A stretch of DNA of 64,000 nucleotides from Bispira polyomma. Lineage: Eukaryota. Each line of letters starts with the position of its first letter. Within the stretch, counting starts at the first letter, position 1. The notes beneath the pieces are model-generated. The model was not told the origin of the DNA and did no database searches. It saw only the letters and a program-made list of their open reading frames with translations. Shown piece by piece: positions 37,700-51,550 of the stretch. Where the stretch lies: contig OZ287756.1 of the NCBI GenBank assembly GCA_965649765.1, positions 43,400,001 to 43,464,000 on the forward strand, in the 5' to 3' direction. The translations under genes and the position numbers were made by a program.

Positions 37700-38680
37700 G
37701 TAATTGGACATGATTTTGAGGGGTATATCGTGTTGACTTGCTAGCATGAAGATGTTGCGGGCTTATAATGCTTTGACACTGTCTCTGGTTATATTTTTCT
37801 GGGAACTAAACAACAGAGGATATCATCAATGTAATTCATGATTGTGTGGCCTTCACCTTGCATGCTTAATCTAATGGAACCTGCAAGTCTTTGAAAAATT
37901 ACAGACCCATGTTTGTATCCGAAAGGTAGGGAGCCGTCTACTTAGTAGCCCCTCCGAAAAAGGCCCAGTAAGTCTATTTGTCCAGGGCCTATGGTGACAT
38001 GCCTGAAGGCTCTGCTTACATCTGCCTTAAAAATTAGAGATCCGCTTTCCATCTGCAGTACCTGGTTGGTTTTGGTATCTATGGAGGGGTAAGCAAGTAC
38101 AAAATTTTTTATTTAAATAAGCAGATGGGGAGACAGCAGAATTGACAGACTCACCCACAGGCCAACTGGGGTCAATAATGACCCTCCTGTTATTAAAACT
38201 TGACTTATCTCTGGTCATAAAGGGTGAGGTATGTAAGTCAGTAATAGGAGGTTTATCATAAGGGCCATATATAGCCCCCCATCTCACATTCTTCCTTGAG
38301 GTAGTGGTCCACATGGCTGGGGTAGTGTCTAGCTGAAACATGATTCATGTGGTCCGACTTGGCCTTTAAAGTCCCTATTATAGTCAAGGGGGAATCCAAC
38401 CTAATTAGCATGGGAAGTTTCCAGTTCCAGTGGTCTTTGAGATATGTCCCCCAAACTTAATAGTTGAATTGTGACTGATCAGGTACTTGCAACCCTTTGT
38501 AGTTATGATGGCCATCTTGTCTGAGGTCTCTGTTGAGGTGGAAAATGTCTGTGTACAAGTATTGATCAGTGGTGTGGTCAGTAATTTTGCCCCCCATTTC
38601 ACCAAGAGGAATAAAACCGAATTTTAATTTGTTTTGAATATCTAAAAGTTTATATGTACCACATTGAGAGGCACCACGAA
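37700..38680 (-). pseudogene. DIRS-order reverse transcriptase relic
   Basis: KFGFIPLG, HTSPFMTRDK...RRVIID.SWP.G.SVN, ADVSRAFRH, LPFGYKHGS. Confidence 0.75.
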
Positions 38681-39199
38681 TGGCCACACTGTGTCCTATC
38701 CCCCACACTATACAGGTCTGAGGTATATTTGTCTGGCTGTACACTATCAGGGGGAGAGTTATCTGCATTACACAAGCCTTATACCCCATCCCAATAAATT
38801 ATATGTCTAAGACGGCCCCAGTCAGAATGGGGATTGCGGTTTTGAATTACTGGATGTACTAGCTGTAAGAGCGAACTGGGGGGACCCCTTTTCCTCATCC
38901 GGTGAGCTAACTGACCCCATCCCCATATTTTGTCTTTGTAAGGATGGACCCAGCCGGCATGGGGATTGTGGTTTTAAAATACCAGATATACTAGGATCAC
39001 TAGGATCCTTTCCTGGAACTCTTACTCAAATTTTTACTAGCAATATCCATCTCAAATCACAATCTGCCGTTCTTTTTTAACCACAATTAGACAACATTAA
39101 TACAGCCTTTCTCTGTTTTAAACTATCTTTTGCCGTCCTAACCCACATGGTAAAAACCTATGGATTCCATTACTTACTGCTCTCTGTTCAAATGTTCAA

Positions 39200-42065
39200 A
39201 TAAACCCTAGGCCTTTCCAATCAAATCTAAAAATTGGTGCCTTTAATGCCAGATCTATCCGCAATAAGGTGCCTTCAGTCACTGCCCTTATTGAAATCCA
39301 AGACCTTGATGTGGCCTGTGTGTCTGAGACCTGGCTCAGCTCCATGGATACTTCTGCATCCCTTTCTGAAATCACACCGTCAGGTTATAGATTGTACCAC
39401 TCCCCTAGGCCTGTCAAGTACGGGGGGTGTTGCTATCTTTGTCAAAGTACCCTTTCAAGCGAAATTCTTAATATTGATTACCCTCCATCTTTCGAATGTA
39501 TTACGTGCAAAATTTCAAATGGATCTCAATCATTTTTATTTTTCTCGCTCTATCGTCCACTTAACCCTTCTATATTTGCCTTCAATCAAGATTTTTCTGG
39601 TTTCCTTGAATCTGTTAACCTCCTCTCGCTGGAATCAATTGTACTTGGTGACTTCAACATCAAAGTCGACATCAATAACACGACAACCAAAGATTTGTAC
39701 AGCCTCTTGAATATTTTTAAATTCAAACAGTTTATTTCCGGTCCCACTCATCTCCATAACCACATTCTTGACCTGATCATTGCTCGACCAAACTGATACA
39801 GGATGTATGGGTTACTGACGGGGTGTCTGACCATCTTGCCACTTTTGCACATCTCATGCTGCCCAAACCACTGTCACACAAACCTAAGGTAATAAAATTC
39901 TGCAACATTAGGAAAATTAATATTCCCAAATTTCGGGATGACATACTTGCTTCTCACCTAATTAAACACCCTTGTAAAAATGCAGAAAGTCTCAAGCTAC
40001 AATATAACCACACTTTGTCCTCAATCCTTAACAGTCATGCTCCTTGGGTTTCTAAAACCCTCCCACTTTCTGACCCCCATGAATGGACCAACCCAGACAT
40101 CAAGAAAGCTAAAAGGCGTAAACGTCAACTTGAGCGGCTATGGCGGTGCACTAAATCATCACTTGACAGGAAGTGCTACAGAATCGACACAAACCACTTC
40201 AATGCACTAATGACAAGAGCCAAAAAAGAGCACTATGAATTGATCATCAATGAGAATTCAAATTCACCCAAAAGGTTATGGAGCTCCATAAATAAAATAC
40301 TCCACCGAACAGCTAAAAAAGTTTTACCTGCAAATCATTGCCTCATATTTCTTGCAGAAGTATTTGGAATTTTTCATTGAAAAAAATAACTAAAATTTGA
40401 GAAGGTTTTTTAACAATGCTACAAAGTCTCAAATCTGCTACATTTACCCACTTTCCGAGAACGATGTTCTCCAACTTATAAAATCCAACTCCATCAAGTC
40501 CTGTGAACTGGATTCTATCTCTGCCGCTGTTCTAACAGAATGTCTAGACATTCTCATAACTCCTATCACCAACATCATAAACTTTTCGCTTAGAGATGGT
40601 ATATTTCCCTCTTGTTTCAAAACTGCATATGTCGCCCCCTTGCTAAAAAAACCAGGCCTTGACAAAAATGGGCTAAAAAACTATAGACCAGTCTCTAGCC
40701 TCAGCTTTGTATCTAAATTTATTGAGAAAGCTGTTGCTAAAGAAATTCATGACTACCTTTATAAACAAAATCTAGCTAACTGCCACCAATCTGCCTACAG
40801 AAAATTTCACTCCACTGAGAGTGCCCTCCTTTCAATCAGTAATGACATTAACCTTGCCTTGGATCATGATGAAACTGTACCCTTCTCGATCTCTCTGCAG
40901 CTTTTGATACCATCGACCTTGGCCTACTCTTTGACACCCTTAAACAGTGGTTTGGTCTTAATGGTACTGTTTTTGGTTGGATCAAATCGTACCTTGCTCT
41001 TAGAACCCAAAAAATCAAATTGGGCGACCACTTTTCATCCTCTTTTAACCTACCATTTGGAGTACCCCAAGGGTCGGTTCTCGGCCCTTTACTGTTTACC
41101 CTCTACACCCATCCTCTCAGTGCAGTCATCAATAATAACAATGTTAAACATCACATGTATGCTGATGACTGTCAAATCTCTCTCTCTCTTAACACTCAGA
41201 ATGCCAGATACAACCTGGATTAACTTGCTAACTGTCTCTCCTCAGTTCAGGCGTGGATGAACTTCTCCAAACTGAAACTAAACCCTGAGAAAACAGAATT
41301 TATCCTTATTAGAAATAAGAAACACAGTGAATACTTATGATCACTTTTCCCAATTACTCTGCTGGGCAATGAGATTCAACCTGCAGACCAGGTCAAAACA
41401 CCTAGGTGTCACTATCGACCCTGCTTTTTCATTTCTTCCTCACATTAACAGCATCCACCGCTCCTGTTATTATCACATTTGAGACCTCAAAAGAATCAGA
41501 AATTATCTGTCACTAGATATTGCTATCACTGTGACCAACGCTCTTGTAAGTAGCCGCCCTAACTGCTGTAATTCTCTTCTGTATGAAGCCAATAAGTCCC
41601 ACATAAACAAGTTGCAGTCCATTCAAAACTATCTATGTAGAGTTATCTTTCGTTTAGGAATCCGTACTGATGTCACTCCATACCTCAAGAAACTTCACTG
41701 GCTTCCTATTCACTATCAAATCCTGTTTAAAATGCACATAACCATTTTAAAGCTGTTGTCTCTCAACAGCCTCACTACCTTGCTAATAAACTCTCTTTCA
41801 GCAGCCTTAAAATGGGAAAAGGACTCCTTGTTTCCTCTAAAAAGACTGCTTGAAACACTTTTGGGATTTAGGAGAAACCGTAAAACCTATCTCTTCAGGC
41901 TCGCCTATCCGCCGTAGTCCTCTTCCTGGGAGCTGACGCATCCATCCTTACAACCTGGCTGTGTTTTTTTCATTTTTCTATTGGCTGATTGATTCTGATG
42001 TTGCGACTTAGAAGATGCCTATCACCAATAAGGCGCATTAAAAATGTATAATACAATACAATACT
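39200..42065 (+). mobile_element. CR1/L2 LINE ORF2 (APE endonuclease + RT), near full length but frameshifted
   Basis: VSETWL, LYRP, VLGDFN, PTH...LDLI, SDH, NYRPVS.L, QSAYR..HSTE, GVPQGSVLGP, YADD, LHWLP and an (aatac)n tail. Confidence 0.9.
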
Positions 42066-42664
42066 AGCAGTAAGAGGGGGGAGAACGCTCCCTTTTTCTT
42101 CTATATGTTTTACTTCCGAAATCCCCAGTATCAATTGCACTCTGTAACACTGCAAACCTATTATAGAGAGGGATGTGGAGAACTTCCCCCCTTGCTTTTA
42201 TATGTGGAGGCGGCTTCAGCTAGCACGTCGATTGTTATTTACAATTGGAATTTACTAGAGACAATGGATCGATTGTATTAACTAGGGCCCTCTCCTTGAC
42301 TGCATGCTTGTTGAGTGAAAAAATAAAAGGTTTATTACCTCGAGTACTTAATAACGCTGCTTTCTTGGCCAAACTCTCGGCTGGTATTTTCATCACAATT
42401 AATTTTATTTTGTCTCCCAACATTGCTCACAGTCAGATTATTGACACACTGATATACACATGCATAATTAGAATGGTTAGTTAACAATATATAATCTTTA
42501 AAACTTGAATTATACACATATTTTGTCCTCAAATAACATTTACTGTCTTTTTTTCTGAATTTTTACTGCATTTCTGCAGCGAATACCTATTTTTTGTGGC
42601 CGATTTTTTAACACACAATTTCGTTTGGTGCGAACCCTCACAGGTCTCATACAAATGTTTAAAT

Positions 42665-42830
42665 AGCTGGCCAGCCTTCGCAGCATCCCACGAGAAGTCG
42701 TGAGCATCGTCCATTAGGTCAGCCAAGTAATCCAGCATGGCCTCACAAATTTCCTTGGACTTCTGTTCCTGTATGCACCGAACGAAGCCGCCCGTGAACT
42801 GTACTAATGATAGATTATCATAAATGGGTT
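42665..42830 (-). pseudogene. DIRS-order gag fragment
   Basis: GFVRCIQEQK...AMLDYLADLMDDAHDFSWDAAKA, homologous to gag at 60896-61579. Confidence 0.7.
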
Positions 42831-44299
42831 TAACTTATGTTGTTAATGTGAGGAAGAAATGAAAAAGCAGGGTCGATAGTGACACCTAGGTTTTTGACCT
42901 TGTCTGAAGGTTGAATCTCATTGCCCAGCAGTGTAATTGGGAAAAGTGATCTGAAGTTTTAACTTAGTTAGAACGAAGTTCTATGGCCAATCTACATTAT
43001 TAAATACAACAGTACATTCACAAATACACAACAATTTCACAGCACATTAATAGTAGGTGTGCACAGCAAGACCCTTCAGGGGACTGATAGTTCAATCTAT
43101 TCATCTTTAGATTCTGTACAACTTTAACATTTATCTATGCCACAGCTACATATAGCCATACTTGTTGTCCATCATAGTACCTTCCAATCACAGCTCTGCA
43201 CAACTGTTGTTTAGGCTTGTATTCTCTTGAACTCCATTTACTCTGTCATTCAAGCTACAAACATTAATGTTTTACAGTGAAGAAATATTTTTAAAATGAA
43301 GTATATTTATTTTATCTCTATGTTTTAATTTTTTTATATTTTATTTGTTTTTATATTTATACGTAGTATTCACTGAATGTTATATATATCTAAAATTAGG
43401 TGTTAAAACGTCGAAAATGGGCAGAATGTCGTGCTATCAGAGTATATTAAAATATGAAGTTAGGGTTATTATGTTGAATATATACCCCATTTCCATTTAA
43501 TTTTTAGAAATAGTAATACAACCCCAACTTAAAAGTAAAGTACACCTTACCTTATTATATTAACCCCAATCGCCAATTTGCAAGCGAGGTTTTGCAGTTT
43601 CTGACTGCTATTTCTTGTTATTTATGTGCAGCCTCTACATTACCTGATATTTTACAGTATACTTGTAAACTATAAATTAAATAGGTGTAGCTTATCTATG
43701 TTGTGTAATTTGAATCTAACTGTCAAAGGAAATTCTTGCTTGGAACAAGTATTTATTAGGGGCACATATATTCATTCTCATTTGCTGGCCTCTGTTTGAC
43801 GTAGAATTTATGCAGTGTAATGGTGTGACCTTGTTTTGACATTGTTCCTTCAAACAAGATCTGTTATTGAGCACAACAGAAGTAAATATTGGATAAAATA
43901 CTTACTTAGAGTCCAATTCGATTGGTACAGACACACATATAGGGATAAATATATCACTGATTGACAGGTTGACTAGGTTGTAGGGTTTCAACCTTTGATG
44001 ATGTTTTCCTAATGCATAGTTATTGAGTTACAAACTTAAACTATTCTCCTTATTGTGTAGGTAACAGAATATATATATTTAGAAGACATCATGAAAAGCC
44101 ACAGGAATTGGTTACCAGCCGTTAAAACTATCTGTGAACACATCAGGATGAAAATAACTGGCAAACTAGACAAAACAACAAAAAGTGCAACATTTTCGAT
44201 ACCTGAATCCAGTGAACCACAGGCACAAATGTGGAGCCCTTACTCCACAAACTATTTTAAAGTAACTAGTGAAGTAGATGGTAACAAAACCCAGCCAGG

Positions 44300-46110
44300 T
44301 GCAAAGAACAATTGTATGAAAAAATGCAAGATGTAAAGAGGCTGACTGTTGAGATTGAGATTTTAGAAAACGTGGGAACCATATAATCTTTGGAATGCAT
44401 GAAACTAAAAAAAGAAGAATTACAATGTTTAAGAGAGTCTCAAATGAATAGCCATATGATAAGATCTAGGACACAGAACCTGCATTTAAATGAGAAACGT
44501 AGTAAATATTTCTGTAATCTAGAAAAATATAGGTATGTAGAAAAAAAAACAATAAAAAAGATTCAGCTAAAAAATGGTGATACATTAACATCACAAAAAG
44601 ATATACTTGACCAAGGAAGGAACTTTTATGCAAAATTCTTTGCAAATAGGGAAAAATATTTACAAGATTTAAATTGAGAAGGCCTAATCGCCTTTGATAA
44701 TAAACTTTCACTTGAGGAAGCTTCTAAATTGGCAGTGTCCTAACACTAAATGAACTAAGATTAGCATTAAAGAATATGAAAACTAATAAAACTTCTGGTA
44801 TCCACGGCCTTCCAGCTGATTTCTACAAGGTATTTTGGTCAAAGCTCAAATATTTCATTCTGTGGGCACTAAGTCATTGTTATTTGAAAGGCTCGCTACC
44901 AATCAGTCTTAGACAAACCATAATTCGTTGTTTTCCTAAAGACAATAAACCAAGAGATCAGCTAAAAATTGGAGACTAATCTCGTTAATAAGTGTCCTTT
45001 ATAAAGTACCTTCCTTTGCTATTGCAGCACGGGTAAAATAACTTCTGCCCAAATTGATATCAAAGACACAAACTGGGTTTATTAAAGGTTGATTTATTGG
45101 AGAAGGCACTCGGTTGATCTATGATATTATGAACTACACTCAATATAAAAATATTAACATCACTCAAACAAAAACAGAGGGCTGAAAATGATGAATATAG
45201 ACTACTTTATCAAAGCCCTTGAATGTTCTTGGATAAGAAGACTTATACGATCTGAACACTGCCAGTGTGTCAAATTGTTTGAAAACACACAATGGTCACT
45301 CAAAATATTAATGGACTTTGGCCCACATTGGTCTGTAAAAGTATACAAAAAAAACTAACAACTCCTTCTGCAGAGAAATTTTTCAAATGTTGAACTTTAT
45401 ATATTGCACGATTTCTTTAAAGACAAATCTGATAAACTGTCTACACCTCTATGGTATAATACCAGACAAAAAAATGCTAAATTATACAAAGAACTGTGGT
45501 ATAACAAAGGATTACCCAAATCAGTAATCTTGTGGATTTCTCCACGAAAACAAAATAAACTAAGGAAGAGATTGAATCTGAGTACAATTTTTCAATCACA
45601 AACTTCTTGGACTACTTCCAGGCTAGGAGCATAATACAGAAGTTCAAAAAATGTACGTAGCTTAAAACTCTGGCAGTTCTCCAACGGCCCTTTATCCCCC
45701 AGCACCTAACTTTTTTACCAACATAAGAAAAGGGGTGTACATTTTAAATAAAAGGGGAAATGTAGGAAATTTAAAAATGAGTGGAACAAGGATTTAGAAA
45801 CTATTATTGATTAAATAACTTGGAAAAGAATATTTCATGTGTGTTTTAACTGAATAAAGAATAACCAACTAACGTGGTTTCAGTATAACGTATTATATCG
45901 AATAGTGAGAACAAACAAACTTTTCGGTCAAGTGGCCATCAGTGATTAAACAATGTGCAAATTTTGTCACTCATATCCAGAAACATTGTTACACCTACTA
46001 GTCTTATGTGAAAATGTTTAAATGCTTTGGAAAGATTTAAAAAAGTGAATAGAGGTTGAAGTAAATCAAATTATATGCATTACTTCAATCAAGATTACAC
46101 TAGGTCCTGT
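44300..46110 (+). mobile_element. Tx1/L1-clade LINE ORF2 relic
   Basis: IRSR...EKRSKYFCNLEK, MKTNKTSG.HGLPADFYKVFW, QTGFIKG.FIGE, and a C-terminal CKFC...ETLLHL. Confidence 0.8.
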
Positions 46111-46139
46111 AAAGAATGACAACATGCTTATCCAAGCAA

Positions 46140-46695
46140 GAACTATTTTGCCAAGATACAACGTGGCAAATTAATCATTGACAATAAAACATTTTCTTTA
46201 GATCAGCTGCAAAATCTTCCACCCAATCTGCAACCGCAAAGTAATCTCACCAGAATATATAATGACAAAGCAGCTTTCTTTACCAAGCAGTCTCCCTTGA
46301 GCAACCACTACCAATCTCCTTTTAAAATAGAGAGCATCAAATTTAAGTGTTCAGAACAATACTTGATGTATGTAAAAGTTCTATACTATTTAGTGACCAG
46401 CGACAACCCAATAAGATACTGCAATCGAGCGACCCTGTTCAATAGAAAAAGATGGTTTACTCTATCAAAGGCTTCAATAGAATCTGGACTGCGAGCCAAG
46501 TTCACACAAAGCAGCTACTGTGACTCTTTTCTAAAGAATCTCAACGGCAAAGTCATAATCAAAGCCAACCCAAATGGTAATTTTTGGTTATGTGGAGTTT
46601 TCTTCTGGGACGATCGTGTCTGGAACTCCAGTGACTGGCCAGGTAAAAATATTCATAGCACATTATTGATGCAAGTGAGAGACTCTCTTTACTGA
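46140..46695 (+). pseudogene. LINE ORF1-like C-terminus fused to a NADAR (YbiA-like) domain, internally deleted
   Basis: GKLIIDNKTFSLDQLQNLPPNLQP followed by FFTKQSPLSNHYQSPF...SEQYLMY.K...GLRAKFTQ...ANP...FW..G...PGKN..S.LLMQVR. Confidence 0.75.
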
Positions 46696-47639
46696 CTTTG
46701 TATGCTACATCTGGGCTAAATTGTCTATATCTTCTTGTGAGAATACTAATGGAGCTGAGAGACTACTGGACTAAAATGTTGTTTTTTTTTTGTTCTTGAA
46801 ATTCTATGAATGAAGCCGAGTTACTGCCGTTATTAATTGTCTATACTACTTATTGCCTATTAACTCTTTCTGCAGAACTTTAAGAGGCAACAAAGTATCC
46901 CATTCTCTGTCCATAAAGCTGTTTCGAGTATTTCTCAACTTTCTTTGAGCCTTGTTTTACGGACAACGTCTATTCAACAAAAAGTGTTTAGTACCTGGAC
47001 TTGAAAGTGTTTAGCAACCGGTGGTTAGTGTTCAGTTGCAAAGAGATTTTGTTCATCAATTGCGACATATTGTAATTAATAAAAGTATTTATTTATATAT
47101 GTATGTCATACTATAAATTGTTATTGGGTTCCCGTTAAACTCACAAGATATCTGTAGTGAATAGAATTACTTTGGTAAAAGGTGATCTATGAACTAAAGT
47201 TATACGAAAGAATATAATTGTAGTGGAAAGATTGTAGTACTCAATATATTTTGTAAAGTATTTAACATGGTAATATTATATGCTACCGCAACTATAGCCT
47301 AAATCACATTCTTCTCCAATATATACATTACCCCTTCGTTAGTGCCAGGTACTACCATATGTCTGTTATTATCCGTATTACATCTTAGTAGTAGTTATTG
47401 CTTTAGACAGTAACCCTTATCAAGATATTCAATGAAAAAAGATTTGTTGCGATCTATTAGACCTCATAGTGGCAGGAAATTTGTTAAATTATTGTAACAG
47501 TAAGTTGATTACAGCACTTGGTTGAAGTGTACAGTCTGCTTTCGTTTCTGTTGCAGGTAGATAGCCAATATAAATCAACACAAATCTGCATTTGTTGTAA
47601 AAAATGATTTGTTGCAATTTATTAGTTTAATGAAACACT

Positions 47640-47800
47640 GCATACAGTTGATCAAGGTTCTGCACTGAAACCAGCGGCCCACAGTAAGGAACTACCACCT
47701 TTCCCACATAGGCATCGACGGGATTCGAACTCACGCCGCCCAGAGGTGAGAGACCAGTGATTGTGAAGCGCAATGCTTGCTAACCACTACGCCAGTGGTT
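47640..47800 (-). mobile_element. tRNA-derived SINE
   Basis: Minus strand tggcgtagtggttagc (A-box) and gagttcgaatccc (B-box) followed by a non-tRNA body. Confidence 0.65.
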
Positions 47801-48439
47801 AAAGTCTACATATTTGTACTTGCTCATAATATCCCTCAAATAGTAGAGGATATATTTTTGGTAGTTATTTGTTGGTTTTGTTCCCATCATGTTATTCATT
47901 ACTTAAGCTATTGTTATACAAGGCGGTACATAGTTGTAGCAGTTTGCTATATCCCTGGGCTGGTCAATGTTATTTTTGTATGTTGTTTCTCATATTTTGT
48001 TTTTTCTTTTCACTTGCATATATGAATCCAATTACATTAACAGGTGTATTAAGTAAGTGTGTAATGTTAATGTTAAACATATATCTCAAAGGGTTGCATA
48101 TAGATGTTTACAATTTTATTCTCTTCTAAATGTCATGTACATCAAAACTTTTTGGGTTTGTAAACTATACTCACAATCTACTTATCCTTTGCTGTGCAAC
48201 AGAACAGTTAAACTTTTAATGCGTCAGCTATGATGCTGCTTTATTGGTGTTACATTTGGTTGTATTTTATTTTTCTTCTATTCCAAGTGTCATGTACATT
48301 AAAACTTTGGTGTCTATATACAGCATTCACACTCTGTATACTTGTTACTGTGCAAAAGTTCAGTTAAAATGTTACCTCACTGGCCACTACTCATTGGCTT
48401 TTTTTGGTCCATATCTTCTAGTGAAATGTGTAGCAGTTT

Positions 48440-48800
48440 TGAATGTATTTAGTCTCAATGCAAGGGATTTAGGTGATAGGCTTAAAAGAAAGCAATATTT
48501 ACATGGTTAAAAGCAAAAGCAACAAGTATCTACTACAGGAAAGTCACTCTGATCTCGCATCAGAACAAGACTGGAAAAATAATTGGGAAGGGATAGTTAT
48601 ATTTTCTTATGGCAAAAGTAACTGTAGGGTGTCGCAACCTTGTTTAGTAATTATGTATAAGTTAATGTTAATAATGTCATTAAAGACAACTATGGAAGAT
48701 TCCTCTTGCTAGATCGTGAAATTAGTAATGACAGATATATATTGGTCAATTTGTATGCACCAACATTTGATAAAAGGATTGAACAATCAAATTTTGGCGC
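48440..48800 (+). pseudogene. Tx1/L1 APE endonuclease N-terminal relic
   Basis: SLNARDL..RLKRK, LLQESHS, W...WEG, LVNLYAPT. Confidence 0.7.
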
Positions 48801-49163
48801 GTTTGTTTATATAATGATTATATCAAATATATAATCACATTTATATCGCCAAAGAAAGGCTAACTTTGTATGTGATGCTTAGTCCTTCACTGATATTTAC
48901 CAGATGTAGTTAAACTGTTGAAAAACCTGTGTGTGTGTAATCAGTTGAAGCTTTGCTCTTCACTGACACAGATATATAGTATTATATTGTTCTTCCCTTT
49001 TATGAATTAATACTACTGGAAAAAGTAACATTTACTTCTTCTTTATGTTACCATTGAACTACATATTGTGCTTACTACCTACTGTACTGTTTGTGAAGTT
49101 ACACAGTTATACAGTTTGTTTTATCCATTTCAGTTAAGTACATTTCATTCATATGGTCTTACT

Positions 49164-49451
49164 ACAGCATTCATTCCATGACTACAACATATATGAAGAC
49201 TCGGTTACTTGTAAAATAGCGCACAAACATAAATAAAAGAATAAAAATAAAGTGTAAAATAAGTTTAAAGAAAATTTGAAAGTTTGTAAAATGGCGTTCT
49301 ACCCTTTCAATTTCTTAAATTAAAGTGAGGTTTTATGGCTTTTGGCGGGAATAGCTATAGAATCTAGGCCAACTGCCATCCAATAAAACGCAAAGGTCAT
49401 TGAACCAGAATGGTTTTAGTAAGAGAGTTTAAGGTCTGCACTGAACTCACT

Positions 49452-49483
<32 letters not shown>

Positions 49484-49790
49484 ATGGGTCTACCTAGCAT
49501 ACTGTATTACATGTTATGCCATGTATTTTGTAGTTTTTTTGATTATCCTTTATGTTTTATATATCACCTCATAGGATCATACTTTCTACTACTTAAGGAA
49601 ATTTTATTATTCCTTCAATTTTATTCATATTCATTTAACTTATCTTACTGATACCTATTGACAGTTTATTAAAAACTCTGTCTTTTTTTCATTTTTACCA
49701 TACTTCTCCATTTGTATGTTGAATTGTTACGATCAATTCTTACTTTATTCATCAGTTTAATTAAAGTATGGCTTCATCTTCACATATTTA
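49164..49790 (+). repeat. ~620-bp direct repeat, copy 1 (copy 2 at ~61795-62385)
   Basis: acagcattcattccatgactacaac...aaagtatggcttcatcttca occurs twice. Copy 1 has a ~29-nt poly-C where copy 2 has tccc. Confidence 0.9.
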
Positions 49791-49799
49791 CCTGTATTA

Positions 49800-50580
49800 T
49801 TACAACTATTGTTACACTGTGTTTTATTTTTACTTGGCCATAACTAGACAAAGTCTTATTTAATTTGGTTGTATATCTGCAACTATAGCAGTTTATTTTA
49901 TTCATGCATTTTCATTTTCACCTTTACATGTATATCTAATACCACTACTGTTACACTGTTTGTGTTTTCATTTTGATTGTCCATAACTAGGCTATGTATA
50001 ATTTAATTTGGTTGTATGTCTGCAACTTTAGCAGTTTATTTTATTCATCCATTTCGTATTGACCTTTATATGTAATACCACTACTGTTACACTGTTTGTG
50101 TTTCATTTTACTTGTCCATAACTAGACAATATAAAATTTAATTTGGTTGTATTCTTCTATGTCTGCAACTTTAGCAGTTTAATTTATTCATCCATTTCAT
50201 ATTCACCTTTATATTTTATATCTATGATGGCTACTGTTACACTGCTTGAGTTTTAATTTGAATTGTCCATAATTGGACTGTGTACAACTTAATTTGGTTG
50301 TATTATTCTATGTCTGCAACTATAGCAGTTTATTTTATTCATCCATTTCATATTTACCTTTATATGTATCACAACTACTGTTACACTGTTTGTGTTTTAA
50401 TTTTAATTGTCCATATCTAGATAATATACAATTTAATGTGCTTGTATTCTTCTATGTCTGCAACTTTATCATTTTAATTTGTTTATACATTTCACATTTG
50501 CCATTATGTCTCTTTCACCTACTGTTACACTGTGTTTTATTGTAGTTGTCCATAACTGGAAGGTGTACAATTTCACTGTT
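49800..50580. repeat. Degenerate ~140-150-bp AT-rich tandem repeat, about 5.5 units
   Basis: ctactgttacactg...ttgtccataactag...tctgcaact recurs near 49806, 49945, 50081, 50232, 50375 and 50519. Confidence 0.85.
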
Positions 50581-50729
50581 TATTTTATATATGGAAGTCT
50601 ATCCATTTATTCATTTATACTTTTCATATAACTATTCTACCAGTTCATCTTTCTAATGTACCCTTCCTTAATTTGTCTTTATCCTACATATTGTTTTTAT
50701 ACGTTCCTTTGAGTGTGATACATTTCCTA

Positions 50730-50960
50730 CTGCATTACATGTTATGCCATGTATTTTGCAGTTTTCCTTTAGTGGATATATCCTGTTTTACTGCTTACAT
50801 GTTATGCCATGTATTTGTGGTGTTTGTGGATTATCCCATTTTTCTTCTCTCCTTTATACATGTTATGCCATGTTGTGTAGAGTTTTAGGATACATCCCAT
50901 TTATTTATACTGCATTACATGTTATGCCATGTATTTTGTAGTTTTGTGGATTATCCTTTT
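50730..50960. repeat. ~60-bp minisatellite
   Basis: tacatgttatgccatgt recurs near 50736, 50796, 50856 and 50916, with further copies near 49510, 51207, 56693 and 62115. Confidence 0.8.
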
Positions 50961-51550
50961 ATGTTTTGTGTATCACCTCATAGGATCATACTTTCTACTA
51001 CTTAAGGAAATTTTATTATTCCTTCACTTTTATTCTTATTCATTTAACTTATCTTACTCATACCTATTGACAGTTTATTTAAAACTCTGACTTTTTTCAT
51101 TTTTACCATACTTCTCCATCTGAATATTGAATTGTTATAATCAATTCTTACTTTATTCATCAGATTAATTAAAGTACCACTGTAGTAATGTGATTTACAC
51201 ATCCAACATGTTATGCCATGTATTTGTGGTGTTTGCATAGCAAGTCCACCCCAGGGGACTGCTACATCAGTCCAACCTCCTTTTTCTATCACACTACTTT
51301 AATCCCTAGCGAATGCAATAGCATTATCCAACTTTCTGTCCATCTGGGCCTTGTCCAATCACAGCATTAGCTATTAGTGACCCCTAAGCTAGGATAGCTA
51401 TCCTCCATATTGAATTTGTGTTTTCACCTGTGAACAGGACATTTAGAAAATTGAAATTTTAACCACGTATTTACACTGAATTGGTTTTATTTATATTTTA
51501 TTTTTTTTTATTAACTGACGTGGTACGGGAACTAGTGATTGTTGTGTGAA

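Noticed and set aside
46297-46695. Bacterial ybiA contamination or recent horizontal transfer
   Set aside because: It is in frame with a LINE ORF1-like tail, matches local base composition, is decayed, and has no bacterial neighbours.
50273-50941. Hydrophobic 'membrane protein' ORFs
   Set aside because: They are translations of T-rich tandem repeats.
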